In this document: one piece after another, positions 10,271 to 21,045 of the stretch
Position numbering within the stretch: position 1 is the first letter of the stretch
How the letters are laid out: every line of letters starts with the position of its first letter
Assembly (NCBI GenBank): GCA_038087875.1
Contig: JAXLNO010000844.1
Span: 1 to 64,000, forward strand
Length of the DNA: 64,000 nt
Direction of reading: 5' to 3'
From: Malacoraja senta
Lineage: Eukaryota
Notes under the pieces: model-generated
The model's database searches: none
The model's input: the letters and a program-made list of their open reading frames with translations, nothing else
Told to the model about the DNA's origin: nothing
Program-made: the position numbers and the translations under genes

Positions 10271-13200
10271 CGTTTTAATTAAGTTCAAGACAATGGGGCT
10301 GTACATTGGCCATAAGGTTGCTGCCTAAAAGTGCCAGAGACCTGGAATTGATCCTGAATATGGGTGTTGTCTGTTTGGAGTTTGCTCCTTTTCACTTTGA
10401 TCGCATGGGTTTTCTTCGGGTGCTCTTGTTTCCTTCCACATTCCAAAGGTGTGCAGGAACCTATTTCAGAACCAACCCTAAACGTAATATTTCCCTTTTG
10501 TCCAGAGATTCTGTCTGACCTGTTGAGTTACTCCAGCTTTGTGTGTCTATCTTCAGTTTAAACCAGCATCTGCAGTTCCTTCCTACACACACGATACTAT
10601 ACGATAGAACTTTATTAATCCCAGGAGGGAAATTGTGTGTGTGTGCGTGTGGGTATATATACTATGCACACACACACACACACATATATATATATACAAT
10701 ACAATTACAATACAATTTTATTTGTCTTTTGGACAAATTTGTCATTTGGACCCCGTTGAGGTCCAAACTAAATGTCGTTTCTGCAGCCATACATTACAAA
10801 ACGAAGAAGACCCGAGACACAACACAATTTACACATACATCCATCACAGCGCTGTGATGGAAGGCAAAAAAACGTATCTCTCCACTGCACTCCCCCCCCC
10901 CCCCACCCCCCCGATGTCAGAGTCAAAGTCAAAGCCCCCGGCGGGCGATGGTGATTATCCCGCGGCCATTAAAGCCACGCCGGTTAATGCAGGGTCGCGC
11001 ACCGCGTCTTGGTGTTAGAGCCCCGGCGCGCGCTCGCAAAGTCCGGCGGCCATTCCAAGCCGCGCGGGGCGGTGATGTAAAGCCCCCCTCCAGGTGCTCT
11101 TCAACCCCGCAACTCGGGCGGGAGAAGTCGCCGCTGCGGATGCCCCGAAAAGCGGTGTCCCACCAGGGGACCCACGGGCTTCCGGTGTTGCCGTCCGCCA
11201 GACCCGCGGTTGTAGCCTCCGAATCTCCGGGGGTCGGGTAGCAGCAGCGATTGTCTCCACCACAGCTATAAATATACACCGTTTTGTTTTCTCGTTTATA
11301 ACATTGTTTACAGAGTACTATGTTTACATATTCTGTTGTGCTGCTGCAAGTAAGGATTTCATTGTTCTAACTGGGACGTGAGAGAATAAACTCTTGACTC
11401 TTGACTTACTTCGCTAATGTGTGGGAAAGAACTAGTGTACGGGTGATCAATAGTTGGCGTGGACTCGGAGGGCTGAAGGGCCTGTTTCCACGCTGTATCT
11501 TCAAATTAAGCTAAAGACACTAAAACCAGAGGGAGTCTAAAGAAGTGTTTCTACCCGAAACGTCACCCAATTTCTTCTATCCTGAGTTGCTGGCTGCTCC
11601 ATGGAGTTCCCCCGCACAATTAAAGCATGGAATAGTCTTCACCCTACCATAGTTACCCAACCAGACGCAACTAAATTTAAGGTACCTCTTTTTTCCCCAA
11701 GAACCCTTTTTTGCTTAAGTCCAAGTCAAGAGTCAAGAGAGTTTTATTGTCATGTGTCCCAGATAGGACAATGAAATTCTTGCTTGCTGCAGCACAACAT
11801 AATATGTGAACATAATACAGAACAGGAGATAAAAGTTCAGTGTGTTTATATACCATAGACCATATATATACACAATAAATAAACAAATAAAATGCAATAG
11901 GCTGTTATTGTTCAGCCCTCTACCACCTCCAGTTTAAATTCCTTTTAGAATATTTATGGAGGATCAGGAAACCAGAAGCGAGAGTTACTCCAGGGAGATA
12001 CTCCTGATCCAGGGTCAGGGAGTGATTCTGTGTTAGTTTTCAGCGGTTGCGGCGAGGCAGCAATGGCGGCCAAATCTCCCACAATTCAAAGCGAGGGAGA
12101 AAGTGCCCAGCGCCGACCAGTTGCCGTGGCAGTGCGCATGCGCAGGGCGGCCGATGACGTGCGGGCTGTGGTTGTGCGCATGTGCAGGGGAGGACGTGCT
12201 GGCCGTAGCAGTGTGCATGTGCAAGGCGGCCGGCCGTGCCGGCGGATGAGGAGCGAGCGGAGAACGGAGACCCGGACACGGAGAGTGACAGACGGAGATA
12301 GAGATAGAGAGGGGGGCCGCCCCGCCCAGAGTTGAACGGCTGGTGTCCTGCCTTGGCCGGAGGCCCCCTATATTTCAGGGCCCCAGGCTTCAGCCTATGA
12401 AGCCTAGTGGTAAATCCGGCTCTGCGAGCCCCTCCTAGATCTCCAGGCCCTAAACTGAAGCTTGTCCATCTTATATGTAAATCCGGCCCTGCCTACCAGA
12501 TAATGAAATGCCTGGTTAGTTGATGGGAAAGGAAGTTTTCAGTAATGGGAGAGTCTAGCACAGCCTCACAATAAAAATACCTACCTTCAATATGGAGATG
12601 AGGAGGAATCTCTTTAGTCACAGGGTGGTGAATCTGTGGAATTCATTGATACAAACAGCTGTGTGGGTCAAGTCATTGCATATTTTTCAAGCAGAGATTG
12701 ATAGGTTCTTGATGAGTACGGGTGACAAAGGTTACAGGGAGAAGGCTAGAGAATGGGATTTAGCGGTAAAAAATAGATCTGCTATGACTGAATGGTGGAG
12801 TAGACTCAATGGACTTGAAAGGCATAATTCCGCTCCAATATCTTATGGTCAAAATTATTCTTATGTCACCCTTAACTCACCCATCCAAATGTAGGAACAG
12901 TGGAAGCAAGATAGGCTGATCCTGGACAAGGTCTCTTATCTTCTTCCTTGGGCATCTAGCTAATTTTCTGATAGTAGCTAGTTACACAAAAGACCAATAG
13001 TGGTGCCATATTATCAGGCTGAAGTAGCAGCACCTGTTCTGTAGCTGACTTATTTGTTCCAGACAAGACCTCTGCAAAGATCTTCACACCAGGGCCAAGC
13101 TGACATGGTTAAGATTGCTGGTCAGTACAAATAGACAGTAGTGTTAATGTCTGTGTGTGCCTATGTGTGTGTGTGTGGGCTCATGTGTGTGAGACAGTGA

Positions 13201-13854
13201 GGGGGAGAGAGAGAGAAAGAGAGAGCATGTGTATGTGAGAAAATTAAACTCAGATATCATTGAAATATCAGCAAAGATTAAAACCTTTGAAGTTTTATCA
13301 ACTATAAATGGGTTCACTTTTATTTGCTATAATAACAATCATCAACATAAGAAAATGGCCTTGTTGACCTCTACACTGTAAATAGTCATCTATTTCTGAC
13401 GTACTTGATTCTTTAAATTCTTAATTAAATGCTGCAGATAAAATCTCAATACCTCAATGCTAATATGAACTTAATGATTTTTCATTGATCATTTTAAGCA
13501 CATCCATCCTCTGTATAAATACTTAAATCTAAAACGTTATTACTTTTTAATTAGATATGAACAGTGCTACTTTAATTTAGATAATAAAATCATTACAATG
13601 TTGTTATTGATCACTAAATGTTTAAAATGCACTATACAGTGGCTTGCAAAAGTTTTCATACCCCTTGAACTTTTCCACATTTTGTCACGTTACAACCACA
13701 AACGTAAATGTATTTTATTGGGATTTTATGTGATAGACCAACACAAAGTGGTGCATAATTGTGAAGTGGAAGGAAAATGATACATGGTTTTCAAATTTTG
13801 TTACAAATAAAAAACTGAAAAGTGTCGCGTGCAAAAGTATTCAGCCCCCCTGAG

Positions 13855-14876
13855 TCAATACTTTGTAGAACCACCTTTCGCTGCAATTACAGCTGCAAGT
13901 CTTTTGGGGTATATCTCTACCAGCTTTGCACATCTAGAGACTGACATTTTTGCCCATTCTTCTTTGCAAAATAGGTCAAGCTCAGTCAGATTGGATGGAG
14001 AGCATCTGTGAACAGCAATTTTCAAGTCTTGCCAGAGATTCTCAATTGGATTTAGGTCTGGACTTTGACTGGGCCATTCTAACACATGAATACGCTTTGA
14101 TCTAAACCATTCCATTGTAGCTCTGGCTGTATGTTTAGGGTCGTTGTCCTGCTGGAAGGTGAACTTCCGCCCCGGTCTCAAGTCTTTTGCAGACTCTAAC
14201 AGGTTTTCTTCCAAAATTGCCCTGTATTTGGCTCCATCCATCTTCCCCCATCAACTCTGACCAGCTTCCCTGTCCCTGCTGAAGAAAAGCATCCCCACAG
14301 CATAATGCTGCCACCACCATGTTTCACAGTGGGGATGGTGTGTTCAGGGTGATGTGCAGTGTTAGGTTTCCGCCACACATAGCGTTTTGCATTTAAGCCA
14401 AAAACTTCAATTTTGGTCTCATCTGACCAGAGCACCTTCCTCCACATGTTTGCTGTGTCCCCCACATGGCTTGTGGCAAACTGCAAATGGGACTTCTTAT
14501 GGGCTTTTTTCAACAATGGCTTTCTTCTTGCCACTCTTCCATAAAGGCCCGATTTGTGGAGTGCACGACTAATAGTTTTCCTGTGGACAGATTCTCCCAC
14601 CTGAGCTGTGGATCTCTGCAGCTCCTGCAGAGTTACCATGGGCCTCTTGGCTGCTTCTCTGATCAATGCTCTCCTTGCCCGGCCTGTCAGTTTAGGTGGA
14701 CGGCCATGTCTTGGTAGGTTTGCAGTTGTGCCATACTCTTTCCATTTTCGGATGATGGATTGAACAGTGCTCCGTGAGATGTTCAAAGCTTGGGATATTT
14801 ATTTATAACCTAACCCTGTTTTAAACTTCTCCACAACTTTATCCCTGACCTGTCTGGTGTGTTCCTTTGGCTTCAT
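13855..14876 (-). pseudogene. Tc1 DD34E transposase, disrupted by one stop and one +1 frameshift
   Basis: ATG at 14876 (MKPKEHTRQVRDK...), TAA at 14799-14801 in YK*ISQALN, extra G near 14245. Motifs GRPPKL, WSDETK, QQDNDPKH, WPSQSPDLNPIENLW, ending AAKGGSTKY*. Confidence 0.95.
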
Positions 14877-14957
14877 GATGTTGTTTGTTCACTAATGTTC
14901 TCTAACAAACCTCTGAGGCCTTCACAGAACAGCTGTATTTATACTGAGATTAGATTA

Positions 14958-15310
14958 ATAATAATAATAATAATAATGGATGGGATTTATATAGCGCCTT
15001 TCTAATACTCGGCGCTTTACATCGCATTATTCATTCACTCCTCAGTCACACTCGGTGGTGGTGAGCTACTTCTGTAGCCACAGCTGCCCTGGGGCAGACT
15101 GACGGAAGCATGGCTGCTAATCTGCGCCTACGGCCCCTCCGACCACCACCAATCACTCACACACATTCACACACATTCACACGCAGGCAAAGGTGGGTGA
15201 AGTGTCTTGCCCAAGGACACAACGACAGTATGCACTCCAAGCGGGATTCGAACCGGCTACCTTCCGGTTGCCAGCCGAACACTTAGCCCATTGCGCCATC
15301 TGTCGTCCCG
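14958..15310 (-). mobile_element. tRNA-derived SINE with L2-type tail, nested in the Tc1 5' UTR
   Basis: On the minus strand: A box TGGCGCAATGG, perfect B box GGTTCGAATCC, tail ...GGCGCTATATAAATCCCATCC(ATT)n. AGATTA duplicated at 14952-14957 and 15311-15316. Confidence 0.85.
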
Positions 15311-15627
15311 AGATTACACACAAGTGGACTCTATTTACTAATAAGGTGACTTCTGAAGGCAATTGGTTGCACTGGATTTTATTTAGGGGTATCAGAGTAA
15401 AGGGGGCTGAATATTTTCGCACGCGACACTTTTCAGTTTTTTATTTGTAAAAAAATTTGAAAACCATGTATAATTTTCCTTCCACTTCACAATTATGTGC
15501 CACTTTATGTTGGTCTATCACATAAAATCCCAATAAAATACATTTACGCTTGTGGTTGTAACGTGACAAAATGTGGAAAAGTTCAAGGGGTATGAATACT
15601 TTTGCAAGCCACTGTATATGCCAACAG

Positions 15628-15761
15628 AGAGGGCAGTGAAAGAAGATATGAAGATTAGGATCGTGACTGGAGCTGTAATTGTTCCTCTCATTCTCCTGGG
15701 GATCATCCTTGGAATTGGTTGCTGGAAGAAGAGGAAAAAGAGAAAACCTTTCAATGAACAG
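15628..15761 (+). CDS. MHC class I exon 5, connecting peptide/transmembrane/basic tail (ERAVKEDMKIRIVTGAVIVPLILLGIILGIGCWKKRKKRKPFNEQ)
   Basis: AG at 15626-15627 gives a phase-1 in-frame join. About 21 hydrophobic residues followed by WKKRKKRK. Possible donor CAG|GTACCA at 15762; otherwise the frame reads on to TGA at 15846-15848. 3' end uncertain. Confidence 0.75.
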
Positions 15762-16376
15762 GTACCAGCTGACAACAGCAGAGACCAGGAGAGGACCATG
15801 AAGCACAATCAGCTTCCTTTGGGATGCAGAGGAGGTCTACCGGAATGATGCCTGGATTAGTGGGGTATTAGCCACAGGGAGAAGTTGGACAGACTGGACA
15901 GTTGGATTGTTTTCTCTGGAATGTCGGGGATTGAGGGGAGACCTGACAGTAATATATCAAACTGGGAGGAGTAGAGATAGGGTAGACCATCAGACTTTTT
16001 ACCCAGGAAGGAAATATCAAATAAGAGCAGGTATTGCTTTACAATGAGTGGCAAAGTTAAAAAAAGATGTGCAGGACAAGTGTTTTACGCCAAGGGTGGT
16101 GAGTGACTGGAATATGCTGCTGGAGGTGGTGGTGGAAGCAGATATGATAGTGGCATTTAAGAGACTTTTAGATAGGCACATGTATATGCAGGGAATGGAT
16201 GGATATGGATTATGTGCAAGCAGATAACAATTGGTCTTGGCATCATGTTCGGCACAAACATTGTGGGTCAAAGGGCCTGTTCTTGTGCTGTACTGTTCTA
16301 TGCTCTTTATTGTATCAATGCTGACTGATGACTTTACATTCAGCCATTAATTTTTCAAATGCTGTCTTCACTGCAG

Positions 16377-16439
16377 TTACCCTGTGATTCCAAAGTCATA
16401 CATTGCGCCACATTTTGGAATAAAAGGTCGCCTATTTGA
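16377..16439 (+). CDS. Possible terminal cytoplasmic exon (LPCDSKVIHCATFWNKRSPI*)
   Basis: Good acceptor ttttcaaatgctgtcttcactgcAG; phase 0 is compatible with the 15762 donor; short open frame to TGA. No homology support. Confidence 0.3.
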   Translation, partial: LPCDSKVIHCATFWNKRSPI

Positions 16440-19400
16440 TTGATTGATACTTTATTATCACATGTGACATGTCACAGTGAAATTCTTTGCTTTGCATAAC
16501 ATACACAAGGTATACATACACAAGTCACCATGTATAGGGTGTCGACACAGTTACAAAGTAATCATTACAGTCCCCAATGGTCCCTCTTTGTTCTCGGCAG
16601 CCCCTCCATGTTGGGTTCACCTGTGTTATCCGCGCCCCCTCCCCCCCCAACCCCGGGACCCTCTTTGTTATCTTTGTTCTCGGCAGTCCTCCCATGTTGG
16701 GTCCCTCTTTAAAATAGTTACGAAGAAGATTTATTTTCCAGGAGGTGTATGATTTGCCTGAACTTTCTATTCCAGCTGTGAAGACAAGGTGAATGAATAT
16801 TTTCTAGGTTGAGATATAGAGAATTTTAGATCAGAAATGAATCAAAAATTGCAGGAATTATGCAGTAAACTGATCAAAATCAGATTGGACATAATGTTAT
16901 TGAATGATGCAGTCTGTTCAAGGGGACTTACAGCTGATTACTAATCTTATTTTATATAAAACATAAAAATGTTCATCTCAGGAAGAGGCCCTTTGGCCCA
17001 CAATGTCTGTGGTGAACATGATGAGATGCTAAACTGATCCCATCCAACTGCAACATGATCCATATCCCTCTATTTCCTGCAGATCAGTTTGTCGATCTAA
17101 AAGCCTCTCAAACATCATATACATATCTTGCCAGAGATAGACACAAAAAGTTGGAGAAACTCACCGGGTCAGTCAGCATCTCTGGATACAAGGCATAGGT
17201 GACATTTCGGGATGAGACCCTTGTTCAGACTCCAGAAATGCTGTTTGACCCGCTGAGTCACTCCAGCTTTTTGAGCCTATCTTCGGGTTAAACCTGCATC
17301 TGCAGTTCGTTCCTAGTTATTTTGCCACTTCTCTTTGTCACATACTGTAACCTGCATTCCTTGTTCACATACCTGATGGTCTAGTGGAGAAGTAATTGCC
17401 TTTGCATTTAATGCTTCACTCAGTGCTTCAAGTATTTGATGGGCCAGTCAACAAGGATCTTTGTTTTCAATACGAACCACGCTCTACACCACAGCTTAGA
17501 TAATATTGCTTAGTTTAGTTGAGTGATACAGCATGGATGCAGAGCCTTCAGCTCATCGAGTTGATACCAACCATCCAACACACCAGTTCTGTTATCCCTC
17601 TTTCACATCCTCTTTCCATACACTAGGGCAATTTTACAAAGGCCAACTCACCTACAAACCTGTACATCACTGAGATGTGCGAGGAAACCGGAGCACCGGG
17701 AGAAATCCCACGTGGTCACAGGGAGAACATGCAAACTCCACATAGACAACATCCCAGTACCATGTCATGTGAATATTTATGGAACATGGTAACGTATGGG
17801 GGCTGTGTTTTGTTGACCTGACAGATCACAGGTAACAATACTCATTATCAAAGCTGTGGTGTAATAGCTGTGGAAGTGTTTTATGTGCAACAGACTGAGA
17901 ATTTCATTGTATATCCACCAGTGTCATTTCTGAATTATGAGCATTTAATAAAATACTTTTGAATGAGTTTTACCAAGACGTTAGCATGCTACACTGACCT
18001 ATATACTTGTTTTGTCATTGTTAATACTACAGACAGCTATTTACTCAATCATAAGATCATAAGATCATAAGTGATAGGAACAGAATTAGGCCATTCGTCC
18101 CATCAATCATGGCTGATCTATCCTATCCTCCAAACCACATTTTCCTACCTTCTCCCCATAACCCCCGACACCCGTTCTATTCAAGAATCTATCTATCTCT
18201 GCCATAAAAAAATATCCATTGACGGCCTCCACAGCCTTCTGTGGCAGAATTCCACAGATTCACCACCCTCTGAATAAAGAAATTCCTCCTCATCTCCTTC
18301 CTAAAGGAGTGTACTTTAATTGTGAGGCTTTGCCCTCTGGTGAGATGCTGACACTAGTGGAAACATCCTCTCAACATCCACTCTATCCAGGCCTTTCACT
18401 ATCAGGTAAGTTTCAATGAGGTTTCCCTCATCCTTCTAAACTCCAGCGAGTAGAGGCCTAGTGCCGTCAAATGCTCATTTGAACAGAATAACAACAACTT
18501 TACTCTTCATATAACCAATTGTCAAAACTCACACCTCCACATTCAGGGACAGTCTCTTCCCAATTGTTATCAGGTAACTGAAACCATCCTACCAACAACC
18601 AGGGTGCAGTCTTGAACTACTGTCTCCTGCATTGGAGATCCTTGGACAATCTTTGATCGGACTTTACTGCCTTTATCTTGCACCAAACGTTATTGACGTT
18701 ATTCCCTTTATCATATATCTGTACACTATGGATGGCTCGATTGTAATCATGTATTGTCTTTCCACTGACTGGTTAGCACATTTAGTTTAGTTTAGTTTAG
18801 AGATACAGGGCAGAAACAGGGTCCGCACCAATTCCCGCACACTAACACTATCCTACACACACTTGGAACAGGTTTACATTTATACCAACCCAATTAACCT
18901 ACATACCCATAGTCAAGATCAAACCCGGCTGTGTGGCACATAAGGCAGCAACTCCAGTGTTGCATCACCATGTTGCCCTTATTGTTGTAGGATGTGCAGG
19001 GAATGGAGGTATATTATGTGCCGGCAGATAGGAGTTGGTCTTGGCATCATGTTCAACACAGACATTGTGGGCCAAAGGGCCTGTTCCTGTGTTGTACTGA
19101 TCTATTGTGGTGATTGTGAAAACACATAATAATTACTTGATTGCTGATATCTTAAGTGTATTTACTAGGTACATTAAATATTCAGACAAAACTAAATTCC
19201 ATTCCCGAGTCATCTAATTCCCACACCCTAGTCAGCATGAAACATCAACTTTCTTGATGTACTGATATTTATTTTCTGTTAATATTTAACTGTGAGTTTA
19301 ATGTTACACCAAATGATAATTGGCTTGTTTCCATCAGTGTTTGCAATCTGGACGACCCTGAATTTATTGCTTAGGTGTGAGATTCATCGCAAGGACTGAG

Positions 19401-19625
19401 ATGAGGCAGAAACCTGACTGTTACAGACTTTTTGGAGGGGTTTGCAAGATTTTGACCCAACACCTCTGAAGGCAAGACAATATATTTACAAGCAGCCTCA
19501 ACCGCACCTCAGACAGTGCCATCCAGGCACTCGTCACTGTCTGTGAAAAAACATGCCCTGCACATTTCCTTTAAACATTCATCTTAAAACTATGCCCTCT
19601 TGTATTTAATGTTTCCATCCATGTT

Positions 19626-19945
19626 GAGTTTAGTTTATTTTAGTTTAGAGATACAGCGTGGAAACAGGCCCTTCGGCCCACCGAGTCCGCACCGACTAGT
19701 GATCCCTGGGCATTAGCACTATCCTACACACACTCGGGACGATTTACACATACACCAAGCCAATTAATCTACATACCTGTACATCTTTGGAGTGTGGGAG
19801 GAAACCGAAGATCTCTGAGAAAACCCATGCTGTCATGGAGAGAATGTACAAACTCCACACGTACAGCACCCATGGTCGGGATCGAACCTGGGTCTCCCAC
19901 GCTGCAAGCGCTGTAAAGCAGCAACTCTACCACTGCGCCACAGTG
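19626..19945 (-). mobile_element. HE1-type SINE
   Basis: Tail-to-head match to the family. Confidence 0.8.
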
Positions 19946-20663
19946 ACTGCCCCTGTTCTGACTATCTATCCTATCTATACCTCTCATAGTTTTATGTACT
20001 TCTATCCGGTGTCCCATCAAACTCCGGCATTGTAGCGGAAGCAATCCATGTCTGTCCATATGTTTCATGTAGCCAACACACCCTAGTTGAGGCATCATTC
20101 TTGTAAACCTCTGCACCCTTTCCAATGCCTCTACATCCTTTATGTAATGGGTCAACAAAAACTACACATAATACTCCAAATGTGGACTATCCAGCCCTAT
20201 AAAACTGTATTATGACTTCCTGTCTCTAGAAACCCAAGATTCAACCCCAAGATCTCTCTGTAGATTAATGCTGTTAAGGGTCTTGCCAATAACTGTATAC
20301 TTTTCCTTTACATTCGACCACTCAAAGTGTAACATACTTGCTCAAAATGAACTCCATTTGCAATTTTCTGCCCATTTCTGTATCTGATGTATTTCCCATT
20401 GTACACTTGGGCAGCCTTCTTCACTGTTCGCAACTCCATCAATGTTGGTGGCGCCTGCAAACTAACTAACCAACCCAACCACTGGGTGGCGCCAGCAATG
20501 GCTGTCTCGCCAACAGTCTGTCTGTCCCTTCCTTCTTTGTGTTTTAACAGTTTGTGTTAAATCAGGGGTTGGCAACCTACGGCCCAGATCCGGTCTGTAA
20601 CTCGAAATCATCCGGCACGCAGGCGTAACACAAAACACACACAACACTTATCCGAGAGTAGTT

Positions 20664-20698
<35 letters not shown>

Positions 20699-20729
20699 CC
20701 AATTCCATATCACAATACCTGTCGACTCA

Positions 20730-21045
20730 AGGGCCTGTCCCACTGTACGAGCTAATTCAAGAGTTCTCCCGAGTTTCCCATGATTCGAACTCGGAGAATT
20801 ACAGTAATAGCCGCTCGTAGGTACTCGGGGCTCTCGTGGACATTTTTCAACACGTTTAAAAATCTTCACGAGTCTTCACGAGCTTACCGCGTTTCCTGAG
20901 TACATGCCGTTAGCATTACGAGCCACTAAGAGACGTCCCGAGCTCCGACGTACCCGCTACGTACATTCTACGTACTTACCACGAGTTTGATTTTTTTTAA
21001 ACTCGGGAGAGCTCTTGAATTACCTCGTACAGTGGGACAGGCCCT
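20730..21045. mobile_element. MITE, probably PIF/Harbinger
   Basis: TIRs AGGGCCTGTCCCACTGTACGAG / CTCGTACAGTGGGACAGGCCCT, TWA-like flanks (tca/taa), ~315 bp, non-coding. Confidence 0.75.

Larger units (their letters stand above)
8973..12491. mobile_element. hAT-type non-autonomous element with cargo/nested repeats, inserted in a CR1 fragment
   Basis: TIRs CAGGGCCGGATTTA / TAAATCCGGCCCTG; perfect 8-bp TSD CCTACCAG at 8965-8972 and 12492-12499. Confidence 0.9.
8520..12870 (+). mobile_element. CR1/HER1 LINE 3' fragment split by the hAT insertion (8520-8972 + 12500-12870)
   Basis: YRALVKTHLEYCEQFWAPY... continues as EMRRNLFSHRVVNLWNSL after the TSD. Confidence 0.85.
13637..15614 (-). mobile_element. 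Tc1/mariner DNA transposon, Passport-like, IR/DR type, full length with nested SINE
   Basis: TA duplications at 13635-13636 and 15615-15616. About 215-bp TIRs starting CAGTGGCTTGCAAAAG (13637-~13851, ~15401-15614) with internal direct repeats GCAAAAGTATTCA. Confidence 0.97.
31..15761 (+). pseudogene. Non-classical MHC class I heavy-chain gene (leader/alpha1/alpha2/alpha3/TM) with a premature stop in alpha3: pseudogene, null allele or assembly error
   Basis: Five exons with GT-AG boundaries joined by phase-1 introns, with class I exon sizes (261, 276, 273 bp). Motifs: YFDS...PRQRWM, GCE...GYDGED...W...C..WLRIY, CLVTGF*P...W...DGTYQ...C.IEH, then a TM helix and basic stop-transfer stretch. Confidence 0.9.

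Noticed and set aside
15235-15310. tRNA gene (perfect A and B boxes); likewise the HE1 heads
   Set aside because: Continues into a SINE body and tail with a TSD; no complete cloverleaf or T-run terminator.
15573-15627. N-terminal part of ORF 15573-15848 (MEKFKGYEYFCKPLY)
   Set aside because: Read-through from the Tc1 right TIR; the real exon starts at the AG at 15626-15627.
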